64,000 nucleotides of DNA from contig NC_092386.1 in the NCBI RefSeq assembly GCF_030028105.1, positions 43,206,347 to 43,270,346 of the forward strand, given 5' to 3'. The stretch's first letter is position 1. Every line of letters starts with the position of its first letter. The translations under genes and the position numbers were made by a program. The stretch comes from Mobula birostris (taxonomy: Eukaryota). Below are positions 46,693 to 59,645 of this stretch, in pieces. The notes beneath the pieces were generated by a model. It made no database searches and was not told the DNA's origin. It was given only the letters and a program-made list of their open reading frames with translations.

Positions 46693-48914
46693 TACATCCC
46701 ACCGGTACTTTCTTCCAATCACCTTAAAATTATTCCTCCTTGTATTATCCATTTCCGCCCTGGGAAGAAGTGTCCAACTTTACACTCAATATCTGCCTCA
46801 TATCATCATGCACACCTCTATCAAGTCATCTTTCATTAACATTTGCTCCAAAGAGAAAAGCCCTAGCTTAGTCAGCTTTCCTCATAAACCAGGCAGCACC
46901 CCGGTAAATCCCCTCTGCATTCTCTCCAAAGCTTCCACATCCTTCTTATAATGAGGTGACAAAACTGAACACAGTACTCTAAGTGTGATCTAAACAGAGT
47001 TTTAGAGAGCTGCCACATTACTTCACAGCTCTTGAAATGTATCCTTTGACTAATGAAGACCAATATAGAATACACCTTCTTAACCCCCATATCAAATTGC
47101 GCACAACTTTGAGAGATCAAGACGTGGATCCCAAGAACCCTCTGTTCCTCCACACTGCTAAGAAACATACTATTAAACTTGTGCTCTGCCTTCAAGTTCA
47201 ATATTCCATAGTGTATCATTTCACATGTTGCAAGATTGAATTCCATCTGCCACTTCTCAGCCCAGCTCTGCATTCTGTCTATATCCTGTTGTACCCCATA
47301 AGACCCTCTACACTATCCACAACACCACCAAACTTGGTGTCATCTGCAAACTTACTAACCCTCTCTTCCACTTCTTTATCCAAGTCATTTATAAAAATCA
47401 CCAAGCAGCGTTCCCACAACAGAACATCACTGCTCTCCAACCTCCAGCCAGAATAACCTCCACCTACTACTACCTTCTGATTTCTATGAGCAAGCCAATT
47501 CTGTTTCCACACAGCCAAGTTTCCCTAGATCCAATGCCTCTTGACTTCTGAATGAGCTTGTTATGGAGAACCTTGTCGAATGCCTTACTAAATTCCATAT
47601 ACACCATATCCTCTGCTTACCTTCATCAATTTGCTTTGTCACTTTCTCAAAGAATTCAGTAGGACTCGTGGGCCATGACCTGCCCCTCACAAAGCCATGA
47701 TGACCATCCTTAATCAGAATACATATTTTTTCTCCAAATGCTCGCAAATCCTTTCCAATAGTTTGTCCACTACTAACATAAGACTCACTGGCCTATAATT
47801 CCCAGGATTATCCTTATTAATTTTCTAGAACAAAGGAATAATGTTAAAAACCTTCCAAACTTCTGGTACTACTCCTGAGGTTAATCAGGACAAAAGTGTC
47901 ATTCCAAAAGAGCAGCAGTCTCTTCCATCACTTTCCATAGTAAACTGGGGTAATATTCAATCTGCTCCATGGTCTTATCTATTTTAATATTTTTCAAAAA
48001 TTCCAGTGCATTCTTTTTCTTAACCTTGACATTTTCCAATATATTAACCTGTTCTACAACATCCTTACATTCATCAAGGAACCTCACACTGGTGAATGAT
48101 GAGGCCAAGTATTTAAGAAGAACTTCTCCTACCTCATCTGACTCCAGGCATATTTTCTCTTTTATCCCTGACTCTTTTATTCTTTGCGGATTTCCTTAAT
48201 CCTAGTCACCAAGGCCTTCTCATATCCTCTTCTAGCTCTTCTAAATTTGTTCTTAAGCTCCTTCCTGGCTACCTTGCTTCCTAAACATTAAATATATTTC
48301 TTTCTTGCTCTTGACTAAAAGGTCCATTATCTCTTGTCAACCATACCTACTTCATGCTACCACACGTGGGCATCCCTGAGAAATGGTGTGATTGGCTCTT
48401 ACATATGGGGGAAGTTAATCATTTCAGGAGCCAACTCAGTTGATGGTCTTCTGTAGAAGATGCAAGAACAATACTCAAACTTTGCAATCCAATGCTTTTA
48501 GTGATAGATATATCATTCATGTTGAAAACTGGTCTAGGAAAAATTAGCATTTCAATTAGTCCTAATTGAACAATGAAATTAAAATCATATATAAAAGCTG
48601 ATCAAGAATATTGATGTTTAAGCTGAGAGTTGTAAACATTCCCCTTCAGCTCTGACATAAAGTGGAACTAGAGCTTAACCAGGCACACTCTGATGGTTCA
48701 CAGCTTGGCCAGGCTTGCAACATTAACCTGCTCTTGTGCACTTCCTTGAGGAATCCTGCAGAGCAGTCTGGGATGGTGACTTCTTGTGGTGATGTTTGGC
48801 AAAACAAGGGTAATATCGGATTCTCATATGAGCTCAGATCAGTAATCCATCAGGCCCTTGTAACTGAACAAGAAAAGAGCTCCATCTACAGAAAAGATAC
48901 TAGCATGGAGAGAA

Positions 48915-49842
48915 GATCAGCTGACTGACAGGAGGGTGCCAGTGATTCGTGGTGCTTCTCAGAGCCAGTGTTGGGACCGCTTCTTGTATGTCAATGATTT
49001 GGGTGACATAACTGATGGCTTTGTGGCCAAGATTGTGGACGATACAAAGATAGGTGGAGGGGCAGGTAGTGTTGAGGAAACAGGGAGACTATAGAATGAG
49101 TGAGACCAATTCGGAGAATGGGCTAAAATGTGACAGCTGGAAATATAGTGTAGAGAAGTGTATGATCATGGACTTTGGTAGAAGGAATAAGGCAAATGCA
49201 ATGATAGCATTCATTTTGAAAGGACTCGAATATAAAAGCAAGGCTGTAATGCTAAGGCTTTTTAAGGCATTGGCCAGATTGGATGACGATCTATGAGCAA
49301 TTTTAGGCCCCTTATCTAAGAAAGGATGTGCTGGCATTGGAAAGGAGGAACATGAGAAAGATCTCAGGAATGAAAGGATTAATGTATGAGGAGCATTTGG
49401 TGGCTCTGAACCTGTACTCGGCGGAATTTAGAAGAATGGGGGTGAGGGGGGAATCTCATTAAAACCTATTAAGTACTGGAAGGCCTGGAGAGAGTAGATA
49501 GGGAGAGAGGATGTTTGCTTTCGTGGGGGAGTCTAGAACCAAAGGGCACAGCCTCAGAAAAGAAGGACATCCCTTTAGAGCAGAGCTGAGGAGGAATTTA
49601 TTCAGCCAGAGGGCGGTAAACCTGTGGAATTCATTGCCTCACAAAGCTGTGGAGGCCAAGTCATTGGGTATATTTAAAGTGGAGGTTGATAGGTTCTTCA
49701 TTAGTAAGGGCATCAAAGGTTATGGTGAGAAGGCAGGAGACTGGAGTTGAGTGGGAGAAAAGATCAGCTATGATTGAATGGCAGAGCAGACTCGATGGGC
49801 TGAATGGCCTAATTCTGCTCCTATGACTTATGGTTTTATGGA
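48915..49842 (+). mobile_element. CR1 3' fragment with internal deletions
   Basis: KANAMIAFILKGLEYKSK, FSQRAVNLWNSLP, CR1 3' UTR. Confidence 0.85.
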
Positions 49843-50789
49843 ATCATCAAGAAGGGGGTTGGGGTCAAGTGTGAGAATATAATTCATCAGGTAATTTTTA
49901 ACAGGTCAGTGGAGACAGAAAGCTTTGTATGATTCTCACGCTCACCGTGCCACCATCTAACAACAGGACTGAAAGAGTCACCGTAACAGTAGACATTAAC
50001 ACACAGTGGTAGACTATGAGGGATGGTGATTGCTGTGCTTCACCTTTTGATGTCTCTGCCAAGAAGAAGAATGCTTGGAGTGAAGTGAGCCCTTTCCTGC
50101 TACTGTTTTTTTAAAGTGTGCTGATGTCAAAGGGTGTTAATGTGTGTTGTCAACAGAGATTTCAACTTAACCAGTTGTGAGACCATTTTCTATCATGGAT
50201 GATATGACTGAAAGAGATAACAGGCGTACATCTCCAGGATACTGACCGTCTGAGTGCACTGACAGCACATGAGGATGTGAGTATAAGCTTAGAGAAAGCA
50301 CTGTGATCACTGTTCTGCTGAACACCAGGAACAGAGAGACTAAAGGCACTGAGACAAAATAGAATTTGGCAGGCCTTTACAGCGAGCATGAGAAATGAAA
50401 AGATGCGTTTTATGTTATCATTCATGATAACATTTCTTCTGCACTGCAGCTAGCAGCTGGAAATAATTCTGGTCACAGTCGCATATTTTGTCTACTAAAA
50501 CATGCCTTACCATGATATTCCTATTGTATTCTCACTAAATCTTCAGTCCTCTGCTCATACTTTTATTCCTTAGATTCCTTTCTGCAGCTGCAGCCTTTAA
50601 GAAATTGCATTATCAATTTAGTTATGCAAAGAGAAGCATTCCACAAATCTCACTGGTTCTAGGAGGTGAAAACCATTCCAGTTTCTATCAAGTTACTTGC
50701 TGCAAAGTAAAATGCTGGAAAAGATTATTTCAAGACATTATTTCTTTACAGTAATCATTCACAAGTGCTTGATAAATCAGGATGGTATA

Positions 50790-53212
50790 TAACTAACCTA
50801 GCAGGGAGATGGGAACCAGAATGATAGGGCAGTTGGTATACAAGTCAATGCAGTGTGTAATGAGATTCAGACAAATGTCAGGCAGATGAGAAGGAAAAAC
50901 TGCAGTCAGTGGGATGAGGTGTAGGGTAACATGGGGGCAAAATCTAAAAGGGTGATGAATACAGAACTTAAGGTTTGATATTTGAATACACGCAGTATAA
51001 GGAATAAGGTAGATGATCTTGTTATGCAGTTTGATGTCGTGGGTATCACAGAGTCGTGGATGAAGGAAAATCATATTTGCAGGCTTAACGTCCAAGGATA
51101 TGCATTGTATCGAAAGGACAGACAGGCAAGCAGAGGATGTGGGGTTGCTCTGTTGGTAAAAAAATGAAACCAAATCCTTAGAAAGAGGTGACATAGGATA
51201 AGAGGATGTAGGATCCTTCTGGGTACAGTTAAGAAGCTGCAAGTGTAAAAAGACCCTGATGGGAATTATTTACAGGCCTCCAAACAGTAACCAGGATGTG
51301 GGATATAAATTACAATGGGAGATAGAAAAAGCATGCAAAAGGGGCATGTTATGATAGTGATGGACGATTTTAACATACAGGTAGATTGGGAAAATCAGGC
51401 TGATGCTGGATCCCAAAAGAAGAAACTTGTAGAATGCCTATGAGATGGCTTTTTAGAGCAGCTTGTGGTTGAGCCCACTAGGGAGAGGCAATTCTGGATT
51501 GGGCATTGTGTAATGAACCAGATCTGATTAGGGAGCTTAAGGCAAAGGAACCCTTCGAAGACAGTGATCGTAATATGATAGAATTCACCCTGCAGTTTGA
51601 GAGGAGACGCTAAAATCAGATGTATCAATATTACAGCGGAGTAAGGAGAACTATGGAGACATGAGGGAGGAGCTGGCTAAAGGTGATTGGAAAGGGACAG
51701 TAGCAGGGATCACAGCAGAACAGCAATAGCTAGTTTCTGGGGGCAATTTGGAAGGTGTAGGATAGATACATCCCAAAGATGAAGAACTATTCTAAAGGGA
51801 GTATTTTGTAGCCATGGCTGACAAAGGAAGTGAAAGACAGCATAAAATGAAAAGATACAGCATATAATCAAGCAAAAATTAATGGGAATTTAGAGGATTA
51901 GAAAGCTTTTAAAAACAAACAGAAAGCAACTTAAAAACTCCATGAAGGCAAGCTAGCCAATAATATAAAAGAAGATAACAAAAGTTTTTCAGATTTATAA
52001 AAAGTAAAAGAGAGGCAAGAATTGATATTGGACCATTGGGAAATGATGCTGGGAGGTAGTAATGAGGACAAAGAAACTGCGAACAATCTTAATAAGTATT
52101 TTGCATTGGTCTTCACTGTGGAAGACACCAGCAATGTGCCAGGAGTTCAAGAGTGTCAGGGGAGGCAAAAGTGAGCGTAGTTGCCATTACTAAGGAGAAA
52201 GTACTTGGGAAGCTGAAGAGTCTGAAGGTAGGTAAGTCACCTGGACCACATGGACTACAGCCCAGGGTTCTGAAAGAGTTGGCTGAAGAGATTGTGGAGG
52301 TATTATTAATGATCGCTAGATTCTGGAATGGTTCCAGAGGACTGGAAAATTGCAAATGTCACTCCAGTCTTTAAGAAGGGAGGAAGGAAGAGAAAATTAA
52401 ATTCTGGACTTTGGAAATTGGAATATAGTGTACGGAAGTATATGGTCATGCACTTTGGCAGAAAGAATAAAGACGTAGACTATTTTTTAAACAATGAGAA
52501 AATTCAAAAATTTGTGGTGCAAAGGGATTAGGGAGTCCTTGGGCAGGATTCTTGGAAGGTTAATTTTCAGGTTGAGTCATTGTTAAGGAAAGCAAATGCA
52601 ACAATAACATTCATTTTGAAGGGACAAGAATACTAGAACAAGGATGTAATACTGAGAATTTATAAGGCATTGGACAGACCACCCTTGGAGTATTGTGAAC
52701 AGTTCTGGGCCCCTTATATAAGAAAAAAATGTACTTGCATCGGAGAGGGTCCAGAGGAAGTTCGAGAGAATGATTCTGGAAATAAAAGGGTTAACATATG
52801 CAGAGCGTTTGATGGCTCTGGAATTGTACTCGCTGGAGTTTAGAAGAATGGGTGGGGGTGATTTCATTGAAACCTATCGAATATTGCAAGACCAAGATAG
52901 AGTGGATGTGGGGTGGATATTTCCAAAAATGGGTGAGTCTAGGACCAGGAAGCATAGTTTCAGAACAGAGGGATATCCTGTTTGAAAAGAGATAAGGAGG
53001 AATTTCTTTAGCCAGAGGGTAGTGAATCTGTGAAATTCATTTCCACAGACAGCTGCGGAGGCCAAGTTATTGAGTATATATAGAGCAGAGACTGATAGTT
53101 TCTTGATTAGTCAGGGCTTCAAAGTTTACGGGGAGAAGGTAGGAGAATGGGATTAAGAGGTGCCGATTCGATGGGCTGAATGGCCTAATTTGTTTCTATA
53201 TCTTATGATCTT
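50790..53212 (+). mobile_element. CR1 ORF2 with the RT core deleted near 52400
   Basis: LNTRSIRNK..VGITESW (APE); VPEDWKIANVTPVFKKG jumps directly to WKLEYSV; 3' UTR present. Confidence 0.88.
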
Positions 53213-53353
53213 AACTAAGTATTGGATGTTTGCAATTATAACATTGGAAGAAATACAGTAAATACATGTTAAGAATATATTTTTACTACTTCTCCAGTGA
53301 ACTTCCAAAGGTAGAATGAGTGAAGGTTTGTAAATGCTACTGGCCAGTTTCAA

Positions 53354-53483
53354 CGACAAACACAGAAAATCTTCAGATGCTGCAAATCCAGACCTATGAA
53401 AGGGCCTCGGCCTGAAACATCGACTGTACTTTTTTTCATTGATGCTGTCTGGTCTGCTGAGTTCCTCCAGCATTTTGTGTGTG
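53354..53483. mobile_element. Miniature PLE-derived element with inverted tail, 13-bp TSD
   Basis: TSD TGGCCAGTTTCAA (53341-53353, 53484-53496); antisense tail ~53354-53392 then sense body with decayed HHR (ctatgaaagggcctcggcctGAAAcatcgact). Confidence 0.82.
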
Positions 53484-53838
53484 TGGCCAGTTTCAATGTC
53501 CGATTTTCCCTCAGTTTCCGGTAGAAGAAACCCGAAGGGCGTAATTTTTTTGGACTTAAACTGGTGATAATAAATTAGCAGCTGGATTTTATTTTCAATG
53601 TCTAAAATGGGCTACTGATTTATTTATGGGACAGTAATTTTGAAGCCTATATTCTTTGATTAATTAAAAATAAAATGATACATGTTTGTTAAATTTCAGT
53701 AACCTGTTAATTTAGCACAGTCAGGTGCATTTGGCATAACTGCTTTGAATAATTATTGGCCATCCTGCTCAAAATGCACTCAACTGGACAACACAAGAAC
53801 AACAAGAATCAGGCAAGAGACTACTTCAGAGGGTTAAA

Positions 53839-54672
53839 AGTCAAGTCAAGTCAAGTCACTTTTTATTGTCATTTCGACCATAAGCTGCTGGTACAATACA
53901 CAGTAAAAACGAAATAACGTTCCCCCAGGACCCTGGTGCTACATGAAACAACACAAAACTACACTAGACTATGTGAGACAGCACAAGGTTGCACTAGACT
54001 ACGTAAAACAACATAAAAACTGCACTAGCCTACAGACCTGCACAGGACTACATAAAGTGCACAGAACAGTGCAGGGCAGTACAATAATTAATAAACAAGA
54101 CAATAGGCACAGTAGAGGACAAATTACAATATAATAATAAATGATGTAGATGTCAACCTAGACTCTGAGTATTGAGGAGTCTGATGGCTTGGGGGAAGAA
54201 ACCGTTGCACAGTCTGGTCGTGAGAGCCTGAATGCTTCGGTACCTTTTGCCAGATGGCAGGAGGGAAAAGAGTTTGTATGAGGGGTGCGTGGGGTCCTTC
54301 ACAATACTGTTTGCTTTGCGGGTGTAGCGTGTGGTATAAATGTGTGTAATAGTGGGAAGAGAGACCCCAATGATCTTCTCAGCTGACCTCACTATCCACT
54401 GCAGGATCTTGCGATCCGAGATGGCACAATTCCCGAACCAGGCAGTGATGCAGCTGCTCAGGATGCTCTCGATACATCCTCTGTAGAATGTGGTGAGGAT
54501 GGGGGGTGGGAGATGGACCTTTCTCAGCCTTCGCAGAAAGCAGAGAGGCTGCTGGGCTTTCTTGGCTATGGAGCTGGTGTTGAGGGACCAGGTGAGATTC
54601 TCCGCCAGGTGAACCCCAAGAAATTTGATGCTCTTAATGATCTCAACGAAGGAGGTGTCAATGTTCAGCGAA
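53839..54672 (-). mobile_element. Rex1/Babar LINE 3' fragment
   Basis: [44 protein letters not shown]; (caagt)n tail. Confidence 0.9.
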
Positions 54673-55973
54673 AAACGAAAAGCTTACAAAATGCTCTAGA
54701 ATAATTTTGCCTTTGAGTGTTGTAAAATGAATGACACTAGATCAGCTGCTTGTTTCTTTCCTTTGAGTCTGTTATTAAGGATGTCCTCTCTATCAGCCAG
54801 AAATATCCTTTACATTTGCTCCTGCGCTATTCACAGTGACAATCTCATTGCCTCTGTTGTCATCCTTTTGTCATTTGCTGCATGTTAGCTCTAACTGGGA
54901 AGCTCTGGAAAGTTGGCCACTTTCCCTGGGCATTCCTCCAACAGTCACTGTGGGAGTTTTTGACTGATTTCTGGACATCAACACTTCCTGAAAAATTGGA
55001 ATTTAGAAAATAAGTGCTGACTACTCTTACATAGAGTACCCTTGGATTCACCGTCCTCTTCAACTAACAGAGCAGAGCCTGTGTGGAAAATGCGACAAGA
55101 CCTTTGGGAACCTACTTAACAAATCTTATGAACTCTAGTGGAGCTGGCTAGCCCCTCAATTACACAGGCATATTTATTGGAAAAAAATGAACTATCAAAT
55201 TACAAAATGAAACATTATTGCCATTATTTGCTTACAGTCAACACTTCTCAGAAGGATCTAAAAACTGCATTAATAATGATTTACTGGAGTTATAAATAAT
55301 GAAAAGCTATAAATAAACTTAAAGGTACTACTTAGGGTTACTTATCTTACTGAGCAAGAAAGAGGGTCTTTATGTATGCTCTTTCATCTAAAGGGCAAAT
55401 TCCTTACTTTTATTTTGTGCTTGTCTTTGAGGTTTTCTCTTTCCGAAGTAGTCTTTACTGGATGAATTGTTTAAAAAACACAATCAAGTGGTAGCAATTC
55501 TCCAGTAGCAATTTGTGATGCACTCAATAACATCATGAAGAACAGACCATCAACTCAGCTGTGTGATTTGCAAAGAAGCATATGGTGTAGAAAGGTCAGG
55601 GAAAAATGCAAAGGTTTAAACAATACAAAAGAAAATTTTACATTGCACATTGATCAACCCAATTGAGAAAAGCACTTTCATCTGGAAACACAACTATATT
55701 CCTGATAAAAAACAAGATTTTCCTATAGATATCAATTGTATGTCACTGTTGCTATTGGTGATTTTTTAAAATAATTCAGATAAAATCTAACATTGATTTT
55801 CTGCTTTCTTCTCTTAACTCTTCCTATCTCAATTGCCATGTACAACATTTCTGATCAATAATAAATGCATAATAGAATTTGACCTTTAACAAAATAAAAC
55901 ATCACGAAAAATTGTTGATATGTAGGAATTTTGCTTGGAGAAGTAAATATATCTGTTGCTTTAGTCATTACCA

Positions 55974-57940
55974 TGTTCAAAGTTCAAAGCTCAAAGTAAA
56001 TTTATTATCAAAGTTCATATATGTCACCATTTACAACCCTGAGGTTCATTTTCTTGCAGGCAATTCATAGTAAATACAAAGAAACACAATAGGATCAATA
56101 AAAAATGCACACAACAAGACAGACAAGCAATCAATGTACAAAAGACAATAAACTGTGCAAATACAAAAAGAAAAAAAATAATAAAAATAAACAAATAAGC
56201 AATAAATATCAAGAACATGAAATGAAGAGTCCTTGAAAATGAATCCACAGGTTGTGGGAACAGTTCAGTGATGGGGAGAGGGATATTGAGTGAAGTTATC
56301 CCATCTAGTTTAAAAGCCTGAAGGTTGATGGGTAATAACTGTTCCTGAAGCTGGTATTGTGGGTCCTGAGGCTCCTGTACCTTCTTCCAGATGGCATCAG
56401 TGAGAAAAGAACATGTCTGGGGTGGTGGGCTCTTTGACGATGGATGCTGCTTTTATTATTATTAGTAGTAGTAGTAGTCATACTTTATTGATCCCAGGGG
56501 AAATTGGTTTTTGTTACAGTTGCATCATAAATAATAAATAGTAATAGAAGCATAAATAGTTAAATAGTAATATGTAAATTATGCCAGAAAATTATGAAAT
56601 AAGTCCAGGACCAGCCTATTGGCTCAGGGTGTCTGACCCTCCAAGGGAGGAGTTGTAAAGTTTGACGGCCACAGGCAGGAATGACTTCCTATGACGCTCT
56701 GTGCTGTATCTCGGTGGAATGAGTCTCTGGCTGAATGTACTCCTGTGCTCACCCAGTACATTATGTAGTGGATGGGAGACATTGACCAAGATGGCATGCA
56801 ACTTGGACAGCATCCTCTTTTCAGACACCACCGTGAGAGAGTCCAGTTCCATCCCCACAACATCACTGGCCTTACGAATGAGTTTGTTGATTCTGTTGGT
56901 GTCTGCTACCCTCAGCTTGCTGCCCCAGCACACAACAGCAAACATGATAGCACTGGCCACCACAGACTCGTAGAACATCCTCAGCACCGTCCAGCAGATG
57001 TTAAAGGACCTCAGTCTCCTCAGGAAATAGAGACGGCTCTGACCCTTCTTGTAGACAGCCTCAGTGTTCTTTGACCAGTCCAGTTTATTGTCAATTCATA
57101 TCCCCAGGTAATTGTAATCCTCCACCATGTCCACACTGACCCCCTGGATGGAAACAGGGGTCACCAGTACCTTAGCTCTCCTCAGGTCTACCACCAGCTC
57201 CTTTGTCTTTTTCACATTAAGCTGCAGATAATTCTGCTCACACTATGTGACAAGGTTTCCTACCGTAGCCCTGTATACAGCCTCATCCCCCTTGCTGATG
57301 CATCCAACTATGGCAGAGTCATCCGAAAACTTCTGAAGATGACAAGACTCTGTGCAGTAGTTGAAGTCCAAGGTGTAAATGGTGAAGAGAAAGGGAGACA
57401 AGACAGTCCCCTGTGGAGCCCCAGTGCTGCTGATCACTCTGTCGGACACACAGTGTTGCAAGCACACGTACTGTAGTCTGCCAGTCAGGTAATCAAGAAT
57501 CCATGACACCAGGGAAGCATCCACCTGCATTGCTGTCAGCTTCTCCCCCAGCAGAGCAGGGCAGATGGTGTTGAATGCACTGGAGAAGTCAAAAAACATG
57601 ACCCTCACAGTGCTCGCTGGCTTGTCCAGGTGGGCGTAGACATGGTTCAGCAGGTAGATGATGGCATCCTCAACTCCTAGTCGGGGCTGGTAGGCGAACT
57701 GAAGGGGATCTAAGTGTGATGTGTTCAATGGTGGGGAGGGCTTTCCCTGTGATGTACTGGGCTGTATCCACTATTATTTGCAGTCTTTCTCATTCAGGAA
57801 CATTGGTGTTTCCATACCAGGCAGTGAGGCAACCAGTCAGTATATGTAGTCAATAATCAGCTCCTTGGTTTTGCTGACATTGAGTGAAATGTTATTGCTG
57901 TGGCACCAATCAGCCAGATTTTCAATCTCCCCCCTATAAA
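55974..57940 (-). mobile_element. Older Rex1-type 3' fragment split by a younger Rex1 (55974-56452 and 57719-57940)
   Basis: Same terminus as 30772; continues after the insert with ENLADWCHSNNISLNVSKTKELIID. Confidence 0.78.
56453..57718 (-). mobile_element. Young 5'-truncated Rex1/Babar LINE (RT domain)
   Basis: LDPLQFAY..FFDFSSAFNTI..GAPQGTVLSPFLF..KFSDD; FYESVVASAI..SFLPVAVKLYN; (tag/tta)n tail. Confidence 0.95.
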
Positions 57941-58234
57941 TGTTTGTCTTCTGAAAATGATAATGGAGTTCATGTGTTGTAATATGATTGATATCATCAT
58001 GTAATATTTTAAAGTACATAAGAATATGTTTAACGAACTTACACAATGACAAACGACTTCCTTTATACAGCAGTTTTAATGTAATAATACATTTCAAGGG
58101 GATTAAGACCATTTGGCACCAAGCCATATAAGGAAATATTAAGGGAAAATAGGCTTTAAGAATAACTTTATAGAAGGAAAGGCAGGTAGGGAGATTAAAG
58201 GAGGGATTTGTTGTAATGAGAACACTGGGATTTT

Positions 58235-58970
58235 GCACTGGAATACAGCTGGACTGAGTGATTGGATGAAAATATGGAAAATAGGGCTCAATGTTGGGGA
58301 AGTGTGAAGTCGTGCTCTTCAGAATCATCAAAAGTCAGCTGTGTAAAGGGACTTGGGAGACCTAGTGGAGGATTTCCTACAGGTTAATTTGCAGGTCGAT
58401 TTGAGAGTAGGGAAGGCAAATGCAATGTTAGCATTAATTTCAAGACTATAATACAAAAACAAGGATGTGATGCTGAGACTTTATAAGGCTTTGGTCAGAC
58501 CACGCTTGGAGAATTGTGAGCAGTTTAAGCCTCTTATCCCAGAAAAGATGTGCTGATATTGGACAGCGTCCAGAGGCCGTTTATGAGAATGATCTTGGGA
58601 ATGAAAAAGTTGGTACATGAAAAGTGTTTGATGGTTCTGGGCCTGTACTCTCTGGAGTTTAGAAGAATGAGGGGTGATCTCATTGGAACCTATAGAATAA
58701 TGAAAGGCCTAGATAGACTGGATGTGGAGAGGATGTTTCCTATAGTAGGGGAGTCTAGGACCAGAAGTCATATCCTCAGGATAGCCATAGGATGGTGAAT
58801 CCAGAGGCCAAGTCATTCAGTATATTTAAAATGGAGATTGATAGGCTCATATTAGTAGGGCATTACAGGTTAGAGGAACAAGGCAGGAAAATGGGATTGA
58901 GAAGGGTCAACCAAAGATTAATTGGGCCAAATGGCATAATTCTGCTTGTACTGTATGCCTTATGGTTTAA
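58235..58970 (+). mobile_element. CR1 3' fragment
   Basis: LGLYSLEFRRMRGDLIGTYRIMKGLDRLDVERMFP. Confidence 0.82.
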
Positions 58971-59019
58971 AAGGTGGATTGTTATCCATGTGAGACAGAC
59001 CGATAATGAGTGAAGCTCA

Positions 59020-59645
59020 GAAGGGATCCATGTGCTCTAGTGCATGAATCTCACAAAGTTAGCAACCCAGGTGTCTGGAGTTTAAGGATAAGGATGTTCA
59101 TTATCATATACAGGACACTTGTGAGGCCACATTTGCAATACTCTGCACAGTTTTGCTCCCAATAAAAAAAAGATAGATGAACACTGGAAGTAGCCAAAGA
59201 GGGGTCATCAGCCTAAATCCTGCATTTAAATGGTTGTCCTAGCAAGAGAGGCTAAAGAGTTTGGATCCTCAGAGTTTCAAAGAATAGGGGTGACTTTATT
59301 CAAACATATAAGATCCTAAGGGGACTTGGCAGGTAGATACTGAGATGTTTTCTGTAGTGGGAGAACAAGGGACATGACTTCAAACTAAGATGATCTTTTA
59401 GAAAAGATGTGCGTAATTTTTTTTCCTTTCAGAGGATAATGAATCTCTGAAATCTCTGGAATTCTCTGCCTCAAAGCAGAGATGACGGTAGATAAATACT
59501 TGATTGATTAACGAATTGAAGGTTATGGGGAATTAGCAGAGCAGAGGAGTTGGGGTCAGCAAGAATCAGCCATGATTATATTGAGTGGCAGAGCAGGCTT
59601 GAGGAATACGCTAGTATACTCTTGCCCCTATTTCATTTATTTCCT
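59020..59645 (+). mobile_element. Old CR1 3' fragment
   Basis: gtgaggccacatttgcaatactctgcacagttt..., cagccatgattatattgagtggcagagcaggct. Confidence 0.65.

Larger units (their letters stand above)
46340..48345 (-). mobile_element. CR1/HER1 LINE (~2 kb, decayed) with a PLE insert
   Basis: HHGFVRGRSW, VSKFADDTKFGGVVDS, WAEKWQMEFN; (agaacat) terminus. Confidence 0.88.

Noticed and set aside
57837-58331. 164-aa minus-strand ORF
   Set aside because: Chimera of antisense CR1, AT-rich DNA and a Rex1 RT fragment
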